Assembly (NCBI RefSeq): GCF_964204645.1
Contig: NC_134025.1
Location: forward strand, 16,715,101-16,779,100
Length of the DNA: 64,000 nt
From: Tubulanus polymorphus
Lineage: Eukaryota; Animalia; Nemertea
Direction of reading: 5' to 3'
A program made the translations under genes and the position numbers. Numbering within the stretch: position 1 is the first letter of the stretch; every line of letters starts with the position of its first letter. This document shows, piece by piece, positions 23,522 through 36,089 of this stretch. Under the pieces are notes generated by a model, which was given only the letters and a program-made list of their open reading frames with translations, did no database searches and was not told where the DNA came from.

Positions 23522-24928
23522 AGGGTACTTCTTAAGTACGAAACTACGAAATTAAGAAATATGCAACGAAATTACGAAATATGAAACGAAATTACGAAAT
23601 GCTAAAGTACGAAACGAAATACTATACGAAATGCTTAACCACGAAACGAAATGGTCATTTTTTCGCGGGTCCTGCTAAAGTATAAAATGTAATACGAAAC
23701 GAAAATTTTGTAATTTTTTGCGCTATAGCAGCGGATTCTAGGAGCTGGCTTAAACATGCGCACCCGGTCTAGTGTGGCAGGGTTCCGTGTCGCGACTGAG
23801 TTTAGCGATGCCATCAGTGAGAACGATCTGCGCATGCTCATATACAACTGGAAGGTAGCGATTAATAAATTACGGGTTAGAGAACGAAGTGTGCCTTAAA
23901 ATATATCCTGCAGTGTTTAGGCTAAAAAATTGATACCTCGTTTCTCCTCTGCTGAGGAGCTTAAAAGTTGACCCGACCGGCTGCTAATCTACCCTGTACA
24001 TTGATTTTTTCTGAGCTAAATGATCGATACTAGACAGGTTCAGGTATGTCGGCCCGTGTCCAAGAACGGGATAATCCTATCGCGGTTACGAGCTCGGTGT
24101 CGCGTGAAGCGCTTGCCTTTCCTTTCTGCTACAGTCAACCCCGCATAAGTCGTCATCGAATTAGTCGTATCATCACATCTCTCGTATAATTATTTTCGTC
24201 CCGATTTTTTTCTTGTTTAAACCTTATAAAATAATGCTTATAACTTGTACTTTATAAGTCGTATTTTCACGTAAGTCGTATCAATTATTAATTCCAAATC
24301 TTCTGATTTCATTCAAAATACCTCGCGTAAGTCGTAGCCCGATATGCCGGCAACAGATAAATCAAAAATACGCTACAATATTGACTGTGTAAGTGTTTAG
24401 ACTGTTACAATGTAACTTTCTTGTGGTAGGGCACGATATATAGGACCTGCACGGTCAGCTCGGGATACGACTGGGCCGGGGACTAACCACGCTGGAACTT
24501 GAGAATCGTATATATCGTATTTTCACGGGTTATTCGCGGAATTCGTATAAAACCACGACTTACAGATAACTCGTAAAAATATGACGTATAAAGTACGTAC
24601 GCTTTACTTCCGGGTATTTTTAATTATTTGTTATTGAGAACATCCTACAAGTTTCTACTAATTGTAGACGTTCTTAAAACTCTCCAGTTTAAGAAAATAA
24701 ATTCTTGAATATGGTACTTTCAAAATATCATTTACATGCACCGCCGAGATTTTTACAGTCCCGTAGCGTTATAACGAGCTTTGACCATAGTATGGGCATG
24801 TGTTTGAAATGTGACCATTTCGTTTCGTATTTCGGTTCGTATTTTAGCACTACTGGCAAAAAAATTTCCATTTCGTAATTTCGCTCCATATTTCGTAATT
24901 TCGTAGTTTCGTACTTTAGCAGGACCCT
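23522..24928. mobile_element. Non-autonomous DNA transposon with tacgaaa subterminal repeats
   Basis: TIR agggtacttcttaagtacgaaactacgaaatta versus the reverse complement of the right end, agggtcctgctaaagtacgaaactacgaaatta. 7-bp TSD GTATCGG (23515-23521, 24929-24935). Confidence 0.8.
24132..24788. mobile_element. Possible pogo/Tigger-like MITE nested in the 23522-24928 element
   Basis: ta|cagtcaaccccgcataag ... gttataacgagctttgacca|ta, imperfect TIRs, repeated taagtcgt motifs. Confidence 0.4.
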
Positions 24929-26082
24929 GTATCGGAAGAACTTTATATCGCCAAGATCCGACGCTTTGCTTGGTAGTTATGGTCTTTCAAAGACGAAACC
25001 CCTCAAAATCTTGGTTATATAAAATTTGTGTTGACCCGGTATTTACTTCCATCATGACGTCATAACATTGAATAAGATGGAGCAGCTGGTGCGCGTTATT
25101 TCACAAACAAAATGGTGGCACAATTGATGAATAGGTTGATATTCATAATTTCCAACGCGAATACTAATACTCAAGGCGTACGATACAACGATTTATTGTG
25201 TGCTATGTGTTCACTGATTCATTTAGTTTTGATATCCCGTGCGTTCGGTAACGTTGGATCAAGATATCTGATGAAAATGTGGTTTCAAAATGCGGAATTT
25301 TACTTCCGTGTTCGCCACACGGCTGATTTACTGATAGCATCGAATTTTTAGAGATGAGTCTTATATAAACATGACTGAAAATACTTGTTTTATCGTAATT
25401 AATTGAAGTCATTTTATTGACGTTCGCATAAGCGATCCGTTTTGGGGCCTGATTAATTGTATTAGTTTGTTTACTGCGGCAAAGTGATGAAACCCAGTCT
25501 CTCACCAAGTTTGTACCGTATCTTAACAGGTCACTAGTTTTAGTTGTTTTACGTCATTCAAGGGATGTATTAAGATTATGAACATTCGTTCAGACAAAAG
25601 GCCCATAATCAATTTTTCGACGATTTCATTCTAGTTTCAGTTATCATTAAAAGTTCACACTGACCAAAATTCCTTTTTACATATTTTTGTGTTGTTTAAT
25701 GTTCATGAAATGAATTTTTGCATCCCGGTAGCTTACGTGACAGATTTTTTTACTTCACACCAGTCTGGCAAGCCACTGGACCATTGGTCCTTTATTATGT
25801 ATTCAAGATTGAATTTGAATTTATCTTAAAACCAGAGCAGAAAGCATTCGGCAATTTAGAAAATCCTAGACTCATAATCAAATTCCGTGAAGTCAGTTAA
25901 GGTCTTTTGCTCGAATCAAGTTGAGGGCTCAGGTGCCTATAATTCAATTCCTCAATGTCCCTGTATACCGAGTACGATGTAGTTTACACACTGAAAAACA
26001 TTGGGCTGTGTAAGTGATTTAAGTGAGCAATATAATGAGCGCCCTGCCCCGCTGCAACTGAGACATAAACAAATTAGACTGC

Positions 26083-27366
26083 TAATAAGATGAAAACCCA
26101 CAGTCTACAGATTAAAAGAATTTAAAAATAAATTACCTTGAAAGCTAGAGGTTGTTTGGGGTAAGGGCATTGCTTGAAAAATGTTTTTAATTCGTGACTT
26201 CAAAGTTCTATCTTGTATTTCATCTTTCTCAAAGAATTATTTTGTAGTCAAATAAGACCAAAAATATACATTTCGTAGGGTACAGGTAGGCGCGGCAGGG
26301 AAACTATTTTATATTTTCAAAGAAATATATTTCACAATATGAAAAAATATTCAAATAAAATTCATATTATGTCACATATCAGAGGGTGGCTTAATATTTA
26401 GTCTTGGAAACCTCTTCCAATGTATGGCCGCGGAATCTAAACCGGCGCAGTAAGAAAACGGCGTATCAGATCGTTCTAAATCCTGGAATTTACTACTACA
26501 ATATTCAGACCTCGACCTATACTTGTAGTTTGCTGCTTAATATTTTCAGGTCACAAGAAATTACAATTTATTATAAATTATGTCAAACAGAAAACATAGC
26601 GCTCATCTTCTGCTGATGAAATGTCAGACGCGCCAGCAAGCAGCGTTACAGTATCACTATAGTAGTGTATACTGTACGAGCGTGTGTTTGTGTGTGCAAC
26701 AGTCTAATCTAATGATTTCCGCGCGAACGTGGAGGCCTTGTGTAGTGAACGTTCGCTTACACTTCAATGTCAATCAAAACAATCACCGGGTATTAAAATG
26801 AAACAATACCTATGGCGGATAATAATTACATTCTCATCAGCAATGAGCATTTGAAATTTGCACGTATACGGCACCTAGTCCAATGAAACGTTCGCCATTC
26901 TATGGCTTTCCCATAATTGTTTTTTTAGCGCCGGAATTCCCCGTATATCCAAAAAACAGCCAATCGCATTCGCTCTTAGAGACAACGCCCCCCAATCGAG
27001 GTCATGGCAATTTTATACGCGAGAGCTAAGAATTTTCCCGCCAAAAACAGTTTATCGTAGAATTTTAACAAAGTTGACCATGTACATCGACGGAGGTTCG
27101 TCATGTCTTCAAGCGCATCGATTATACGTCGTTTAACCCGAGAACCAATGAAACAAATGCTCACATAAAAAACGTACCGCGATTTTACAAGAAATTGGCT
27201 CAATGCCAACTTCATATCGCTATCAAAGGTAAACCAACAAGAATTTATTTATTCGAACAATCTAAAATATATAGAATACACGACGTTTCGATCTCACCCT
27301 AGAGATCATCGTCATTCTTGTTTTCAAATTCTTTTAATCTGTAGATATTGGGCTTTTATCTTATCA
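26083..27366. mobile_element. Inverted-repeat-bounded non-autonomous element
   Basis: ataagatgaaaacccacagtctacagattaaaagaatttaaaa (~26085-26128) is mirrored at ~27321-27364. Contains a segment (26998-27236) also present at 52686-52926. Confidence 0.55.
27281..27315 (-). ncRNA. Isolated minimal hammerhead-like motif (pLTR remnant)
   Basis: Minus strand: aUGACGA-U-GAUCUC-uagggu-GAGAUC-GAAAC-GUC, with AATAAA downstream. First core C is replaced by A. Confidence 0.6.
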
Positions 27367-27477
27367 TCCGTTCATCACGTTTCAGTGTGGTTATCGTTCT
27401 ATTAAGTTAGATCGCATAGCTTCGATGCTTTGACAAACTGACTCCTAAGCAAGATGACCTTCCAAATCAAATGTAAA

Positions 27478-27510
27478 ATATAGCTGCAAAGCAGCGATGA
27501 CGGGTTTTCT
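27478..27510 (+). repeat. Dispersed ~33-bp element end atatagctgcaaagcagcgatgacgggttttct
   Basis: Copies at 796-829 (-), 27478 (+), 31081 (+) and 32209-32243 (-). Confidence 0.75.
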
Positions 27511-28080
27511 GTAAAGCCATTCAGAATGATGGGAATTGTAGTAAATTGAAATATCGATACATAGAATAAAATGCATTGACAGATTCGAACCTAATATGCA
27601 ACCACTGTGTAAACGTCAAATATGATTCAGCTTTGAAACCGAACATACGTGGACGTACAATTACAAATATTAATATATTTGACCAGGCACTTATTTTGGC
27701 ATTCAAACATCATGATACGGTATTATCGCCATCCTTAAAAATGGATCTGTCCTATTAAGAACTCATCTTAAGCACCTGCTGAGCCGATAGATTGAGTGAA
27801 TTCACAGATAAGAACGTATTATGATTTAGAATAGATTTAAGAAGTTAATGTTTTTATTGAAATATTTGAATAAATACATATATTGTAGTGTAGATTCAAT
27901 CAATAAATTATGAATTGATTTTGTCTGGGTTTCCGGCTGATGTTGATTTTGGCTTTTATGGATTACAAATTCTACAGTGATAAACAATTGATACCTGCAA
28001 CATGTGTGTAAATCAAACCTATTCCACTAGTTGCGTGTGTTTCCTAATAAACGGGAGAGTCACTCGATCTGAGTTATTAG

Positions 28081-28627
28081 AACTAGGGGTGCAGGGACAC
28101 CATGCCCACTTGGGAAGTGGTTCCAAATGCTCAACAATCTAACAATTCAGGTATCAAAGGTATAAAACATCCCTTTTCAAAGAATACCCATCACAAATTG
28201 CAATGAGAAATGGCAAACTCAGAATTCGGGCCAAAATTGACATTTTTGACAAAATTGGCACTAAAAAAGGTCATAGGTCGGCCATCTTGATTCCGTATCC
28301 CAATTTTTGTTATGCTGATGGGCCCAGGGGCATTCACATATATCCGAAAGATCAAGGTAATTGATCAAAGCATCTTCAAAATTTCCCTCAAAAAGTTCAA
28401 AAATGTGTAAAAAGTGTTGATTTTGGCGAACAACAATGGCTGCCAGTCGGCCATCTTGATTCTGACAGGGCCAGTTTTTGAGCTGAAATGTGTCTAGGGT
28501 AGATACATGTGAAACCCAAATATCAAGACATTACATTGAAGCGTCTTCAAAACTTCCTAAAAACTGATGACGGACGAAAAGTGAACGCAATAGCCCGCTG
28601 GGACTAAAGTCCCAAGTGGGCTAAAAA
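28081..28627 (+). mobile_element. Helentron/HINE-like non-autonomous element
   Basis: aactagggg head, gacggacg microsatellite, 3' hairpin tagcccgctgggactaaagtcccaagtgggcta followed by an A run. Body is shared with 54883-55384, 46910-47600 and 59995-60385. Confidence 0.7.
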
Positions 28628-29659
28628 TAATGTTCATTTAGTCATAGAAATTCATTGCCTTTTTGGAGTTTCTGTAATAATATTTGTTCTGCCCTAATTT
28701 TTATTACTGTATGAACCAATGATATGCTTTGTAAATATGATGTAATAAAATAAATTTGAATTAAATTTGAACATGAGAATCAAGCATAACTTGTGTTTTT
28801 TCAACATGCCTTACTTGTCTTTTGTTAACAGTTCCAGAATTTCAATTACAATCAAATCCAAATTGGCTAAAAAGTACATAGGACTAAATGAAATGAACGG
28901 TTAGTCACTGCAAACCTATTCCAGTGTTATGTCGATCGTGTTGAATCACTTTCCTTGAGTTGAAAGAATCAGATCTTCTATGGTACAACATCGGTCGAAG
29001 AGAGATATCTTGGTGTTGACTGTCCTTGACCATCTAACTTCAAGCGTTTGACATTGGAATCAGCATCATACCCATTTGAACTGCAAAATATTCATACAAC
29101 ATGAAAACCTACAGTACATGTATACAGTATTAATCAAACTTTCACCGATGTTGGATATTTGAATGAACATTAGGTTTATTTCAGTACTCTAAAGCAGGAA
29201 ATAATAAGCCCAATCAATAGGCCCTATTCCCATTGGAACAATTATATAATGCGTACAGCTGTACCGTACACTTATCAGTCAAGAATGGAGAAATCGGTAT
29301 ACCAAACCTACGAACAGCAAAATGTACAGGCCTACAATGATTTCTGGTAATACAAGCCGTGACCACATGAACGTTTTGGTTTGACTATTAATGTCAGCAG
29401 GTCAAAGAAGGCCTGGCCAAACTTAATCACATGGCTCAAATCAATAAGCCTTTCTGCGTGTGAATATTTCACTGTATTGTTTTAAAAATAGGCCTATCGA
29501 GTGAATTAGTACATAGACTGAATTAGACTTTAGGCTAGTCCTGACCAAATCCTATCCATATTATAATGGCACCAGTTATAGTAACATCACTGTAGGGCCG
29601 ACGAGAGGGAAAAAGTTGAGTTTGTAGTACATAGGCATGGTAGGCTTGTCGTACTCACT

Positions 29660-30262
29660 TAATACTTAAAACGCTGTTGTTACCTGTACGTGACTGTACG
29701 GTGATTTCTACAGGTTAGCCATATGTGAGTACGTTGACGCTCAGACTTGCAATATTGGGATTCGAAACCAAACGAAAAAAAAATCCAGTAGTAGTCCAGT
29801 GATTTACCCACTGTGCCACAGAACGTAACTGGTGGGTGGATGAAATTTGATTTACAAATAGCCTAGCCTAGCCTCACCTAACCCAAACTCTATTCTTTTA
29901 CGCATGCGCGTTTGCAGATTATAGGAACTCACGTACAGCGTTTTTAGGGAACTCACGTACGGTTAACCTGTGGATATCAACGTACAGTCACGTACGCGTT
30001 ACAATTTCGTACTTAAAATGGTATTGGCTACTAGGAACTCACGTACGGCGTAAGTAGGGAACTCACGTACAGTTAACCTGTGGATATCACCGTACAGTCA
30101 CGTACGCGTTACAATTTCGTACTTAAAATGGTATTGGCTACTAGGAACTCACGTATGGCATTATAGACTTAGTAGGGACCTCACGTACGCGGTTAACCTG
30201 TGGAGATCACCGTACAGTCACGTGCGGTTAACAACTACGTACTTAAAATGGTATTGGCTTCT
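29660..30262. repeat. ~110-bp tandem repeats (3 copies, 29946-30262) with an inverted copy at ~29660-29732; MITE-like
   Basis: Unit tagggaactcacgtacggttaacctgtggatatc..cgtacagtcacgtac..ggtattggctac at 29946, 30056 and 30173. Confidence 0.8.
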
Positions 30263-31570
30263 ATATCATAGGCCTATAGACAAATAAATACCGGTAGGCT
30301 TTCTTATAATCTTAGCTTCCACACTTCACAACCGGCCCAACTGACCAACCAGTATATTCATTCCCAGTACGCACCAACCGGCACAGGCCTAACACTGTTT
30401 GTCAACTGTGTGTACCGTTGTAGGCTATCGATAATCACCTGATACTTTTCTGTCGTTTGTTTTTTCTCTGAGACGAAGACGAACGTAATTCTAGTAGCCT
30501 TCCGCGACTCAACAACCTTGATTTAAACTTGATCAATTCAAAGTCTGTTTATTGACGCTTTTGGTTACATGAACTGATCAGCAATATACTTAAATAAAAT
30601 AACTGGAATAACAAGAAATCAAAAATATTAAAGAGGTAACAAACAAATGCCCATAAACCTGTCAGACACGCGAACGCCGGACTCGTAAACTCTTGGACTC
30701 GGACACGCTGAGCAATAAATTCATAAAATTGATTTTGAAATTGATTGTGGAGAAGAGAGGGAATTATTCGATAGCTCTTCCTCGAAAAGAAGAGAGAAAT
30801 ATCAGTAAGAAAACACAACATGGCTACTAATTGAACGGAGCCAAATTTCCGATGGTTACGGCTCGACAGTGCCTTTATAACGTGGATTTATCAAAATTCC
30901 CATGCAGTATCTGGAGATTGAAGTGAGCTGAAGGACATCATACGGATTGTATCGGCGACAGCGGTAAGGTAAGGAAGCCTTTACACTTTAAACTAAAACT
31001 ATGTGGAAAAGGGAAAAAAAAAATAATAATAATCATGCGAATTTCAATAGGGTTTTCTGTGAAAAAACAGAAAACCCTAAATATAGCTGTAAAGCAGCAA
31101 TAACGGGTTTTCTGACATTTTACATCCATGTGACCTGAAGTGATTCATTGTTTGGGATTCCATCAGTTATAAATTTATAATAATATTGATAATAATGCTT
31201 TTTTGGCGATCTACAACTTGACATATGTATGTACTCAAATATTTCAATAAAACAGATGTCTTTTATCGAATTAACAGATATATTCTTGTCTCTGTTTAAC
31301 GTCAACTCATCAAAATAAGATTGAGTTCTTGATCTTATTTAATATCAAACTTTTCCATATTATCATAGAATATGCTAGAATATCAAACGCGAGAAAGATA
31401 TTAGAGGAAAACCCTCAAATTATCAAGCAAATAGTGTAAGAAAAATATCAAACTTACCTCACGATGCGACCACAACCACGCTCATCACTGCATGTGTGTA
31501 CACACGCAGGCTTATGGCGAAATGCGGGTTACAAATTCAACCAGAGAAATATATCATACCCGGTATCGTA

Positions 31571-31574
<4 letters not shown>

Positions 31575-31658
<84 letters not shown>
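31575..31658. repeat. (AT)n microsatellite
   Basis: Perfect AT run of ~84 bp. Confidence 0.98.
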
Positions 31659-31660
<2 letters not shown>

Positions 31661-33875
31661 TAATGTAAAAAATATGACAAATAATATTGTATAAAAGTTG
31701 GAGTAGTAAACTTATAGTATAAACTTATATAACTATGGCACTTTTACCTCTGGCATTTTTACCTATGGTCTTATTTCTGGCATTATTACCTGGATTCTAA
31801 AGGACCACATTGCCATTTTTTTTGTTCTTTCTTAAACTCAGGTGCATAGTGTCTTCAGTCGTTCCATAGATATAATTGCAAATATATCTCGATAGAGCCT
31901 GCTCATCAACATTCGGATTGGACATATTTATTGAACATGTTTGACAATCCTGTTAATCTGTTTTATGATCACTATTACAAATGAAATAAAATTGTATGTC
32001 TTCTTAAAGTTTTCGATACGCTTTTATCTATGGTCTTAATATTAAGTTTTGTATGTTTGTACCCTAAACCTTTTCTACAGCGGAAATCAAGTTGGCCAAC
32101 TTGTCTCCAGTTCGGCAAAATCAGCACTTTTGCAGAGGTTTTGATCGTTTATTTACTGATTTTAAGTTTAATTTCATCCAAATCTAAGTTCATTTCAACC
32201 AACTAGCCAGAAAACTCATCATCGCTGCTTTGCAGCTATATTTTTCATTAATTTTTGATGTTTTAACAGTTCGCGGCATAATTAATTGAATAAAGTCAAA
32301 TCTGTTCATCACAACTCGTGCAGGTTCATTCTGCGCGAAATAACAACTTGCGCAAGACGTCACTATGCAATCGCGTTACTACTCGCAGATAGATGGATCC
32401 AATTTATAGCTCTCTTGTTTTACCTTCGTTTTTAACTGTGCAAAAAGGCCACAAAAAAAATTGTTTTTTAACAGTTTCTTTAATTTTTCAAAAAACTTGC
32501 GGATGTGATGTACTCTCGTACTCTGGGCTAAAACCCTGATTTTTTAATTACTACTGTTGTTATATTTTCATACTGTTATGTATCGTTTTGTAATCACATA
32601 TGTTTGGATCAACCTATTAGGCAAAATAAAGTATAAATATAAGTTGAACATCGTGTAAAGTAAATAGATTTTATTGGGACAAACTTGTACGACTAATGGG
32701 ACGTTGACTGTACGGAATAAGCACTTACATGGTTTAACCAGGGTCGGATTGATCGAGGTTGTCTTAAGTAGCAAGATCAAATCTAGTTACTATTTGTCTT
32801 AAAGTTTAATGATTTTACTACGGGATAACTAAGGAGTCTGGAATAGGTCTCTGAGCCGAGTGTTCTTCACGATACACAGAAAACAAAAAGCGCAAGATTA
32901 AAGTATTTACTTTCGTAAGTGACTATTGGTTACTCAAGGAAACATACAACTAAGGATTACATATTACAACTAAAGATTACAGATTCAGAAACTAAATCAT
33001 GATTTATGACTAAATCATTAAATTCCTAATCATAATAATACCCTTATAATAGTGGTCTAATCAAGATTCATATCATAGTCACTTGTCTATGGAAACCAAC
33101 CAAGAATAATATTGCTAAAAATTTTAACGCATATACATAGAATATTCATATACAACCTGCATCAATTGGCAATTCCAAATTTTATGAATAGTTTAAAATG
33201 ATAAAATAGAAACACAAACGCTATAACACATAATTGAAAAACAGTCTAACATAACTTGCACTTAACTGCAAAGATAAACAACTCAAAATGTTCCAAACGC
33301 TGAATGAAAGAATATGCGTGTCCATCAAAAATTCAACTGATTTTCACCCTCGGTCAATGCACAGTTTTCAGCAGCTTTCGTAAATATTTCAAAAATTTTT
33401 AAGAGACTAAAATATTTTCATTGCCATTTATATCTTATAGTAGAATTATTTCACTAGTAAATATGTTTTGATGGAAATATTTTCTTTCACAGCCGAAATT
33501 ATTTTTGTCAAGAAATTTATGGCACTGATTATCTATCAACCATAACAAACAGTGTGTGCATTACACTTACAACTGTGCGTTTTACAACTGTGCGTTGTAA
33601 GACCTAGGCATGTATCATCCTCAGTACAATGCGCAGAATATGGTCTATATCGAGTACAAATGAATTAAAAAAGAACTGCACTTATTTATCACTTCCATTC
33701 ACAGAATTATAATTCAAAGCAATTATATTTTCTTGCGCAGTAAAATATATATTAATGAGTCAACTACTTCCATAAAGGGCTGGTCATCTAGTAGGCACTG
33801 GCATGCAAGTTTCCCAGTACGCTCTGTCCTCTTACTAGAAATACTCAAAAATTTTAGAACCTTTATGCTTTATCT

Positions 33876-35203
33876 AAACTAGGGACCCAGGGACCCCATG
33901 CCTATTTGCTTAATGAGATCTGACGATTTCAGTATTTAACAACAGCGGGTTACATAATACAGTTATCATGGAACGTATCAGTGTGCTATTCAATGCCTTC
34001 ATGTGAAGAAATACAGACAACAATGACCTTGAGATTAGCCACAATTTTGGAATTATTTTGGTAACAAAATATGCATATGCATTTATGACCGTAGTAACAC
34101 CATTTTATTCCACTAGCCTATGCCATGTAAAGCGTATACATTAATGAACTTATTTCCAGTGAAATCAAGGTTCCCAGGGGAAAGTCAATCTGCGCATTAT
34201 CGCAAACTCAAGTGATTGTGTGAAAAAATGTTTTAAATATCTAAACGCAAACCCAATTCGCTTATAATGTTCTTTGACCTCCAAAAATGTGAAATGTAGG
34301 TTTCAAAGATACTCAGGAATTATATAAGATGAATAGATGAAGTCGCACATATATAACATACGGTAAAAACATGGAGTCCCTACTTACATATCGTCTGCTC
34401 ACACCTTTTTTTAGTGTCTACAGCACAGGCAAGCAATTGAAAGAGTGAGAAATTTGATTTTTTATCGATGCAATGTAAACCATTGCAATGTCCATCTATA
34501 ATAGAAATCTACATAATTTCAAGAATGCTGATGCTAACGAGAAATTGCAACATGTCTGCCTTGGCAGCCATTTTAAAAGAGCAGTATTACTGTAATCCAT
34601 GGGCCTAGCAAATTATAGCTACTTTCAAGGAAATCACACGTTATTTGTAGCATCTACAGCCTAACTAGAAAACGCTATGTTGCAATATTTGCTACAATAT
34701 TTGGTAAGCAAGAGGATTGATCAGTTTTATTCATGGACCTACCTCATTACTCTTTTAGAGTTATAAGAAATTGGACATTATTAAGTTTGTATAGAGCACT
34801 CACCAGAAATTCAACACCGCAGCGGCCATATTGGATGAAGGAAAAAGGCCAATTTACAAAGGTAAAATTCATGGACCTACCTCATTACACGTACCAAGTT
34901 TAAAAGAAATCGCACGTTATTTAATGTATAATGTATGTAGAGCGCTAACAAGAAATTCAATCTGTCTGTCGTGGTGGCCATATTGGATGAGCAAGAAAAG
35001 AGATTTTCAACAGATGAAATCCATGGATTAACCACATTTCACATACCAAGTTTAGCCCATGGACCATATAAGAGTCATACCAAGTTTGGTCAAGATAAGA
35101 AAAGAACTTTGGCACTAGTAGCAATTTGAAGCAAAAGTTGACGGACGGACAGACGACGACATATAATCACTCTAACCTGCTCTGGTCATAGTTGAGCTAA
35201 AAA
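33876..35203 (+). mobile_element. Older Helentron/HINE-like element
   Basis: Head aaactagggacccagggaccccatgcc. Diverged internal repeats (catggacctacctcattac). Ends gacggacggacagacgacgac ... gttgagctaaaaa. Confidence 0.55.
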
Positions 35204-35458
35204 GTGAATGTTGTTTTTGTTTCAGCCAACTATCGGATCTGAGAATTTGGTCAGTGATTATTCGATTCGGCGAATTTCTGTCTGATTGTTAAGGGTAGCT
35301 ACTTATATGAACCAGATATCAAGTTTATCAATCAAAGTGCCCCCTAATACATCTACAGATGGATGGAAAGTTACTGCAATAACTCGCTGCCTAAGTGAGC
35401 AAAAAACCTGCCCTATTACATAATATCCGTACATTAATCAGTCCTTTTCAACCTAAAA

Positions 35459-36089
35459 AATGGCCGAGTGAATTAAGCAGTTACCACCAAAACATCTGTG
35501 GGTTTATTCAGTAAGATATTGCGCATTAGGAAAATGTGCAGTCCAGTCGCCTTATGTATAGCTTGAACAGCGCATTTGGTTATCGAAAATTCAAACTAAA
35601 TTCTGGCAGAAAATTAAACTAATTCATGAGATGTTACATTTGATAGCTGTTCACTGTCAGGGTTTTCGGGTGAAATAATTTTCTGAAAAAAATAAAAAAA
35701 CGTGGTAGCGATAATATGTACAACAGAGAAATACATTTATGTTTAGGATCAACAATGGTGATCATTAAAGGATGGTTGTGGGAGAATGGCCGAGGAATTA
35801 AGCAGTTACCACCAAAACGTCTGTATGTTTATTCAGTAAGATATTGCGCGTTAGGAAAATGTGCAGTCCAGTCGCCTTATGTACAGCTTGAACAGCGCAT
35901 TTGGTTATCAAAATTCAAACTAAATTCTGCAATAAAATTAAGCTAATTCATGAGATGTTACATTTGATAGCTGTTCATCGTCAGGGTTTTCGGGCGAAAT
36001 AATTTTCTGAAAAAAATTTAAAAAAACGTGGCAGCAATAATATGTACAACAGAGAAATACATTTATGTTTAGGATCAACAATGGTGATC
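35459..36089. repeat. ~305-bp direct duplication (35459-35763 / 35785-36089)
   Basis: tggccgag..aattaagcagttaccaccaaaac ... ggatcaacaatggtgatc occurs twice, period 326, moderately diverged. Confidence 0.9.

Noticed and set aside
27478-32243. 4.8-kb TIR element bounded by the atatagctgcaaagcagcg repeat
   Set aside because: The motif occurs four times in both orientations and no TSD was found, so independent element ends are more likely.
32810-33163. Possible solo LTR
   Set aside because: LTR-like composition and a TG start, but no matching TSD or second copy.
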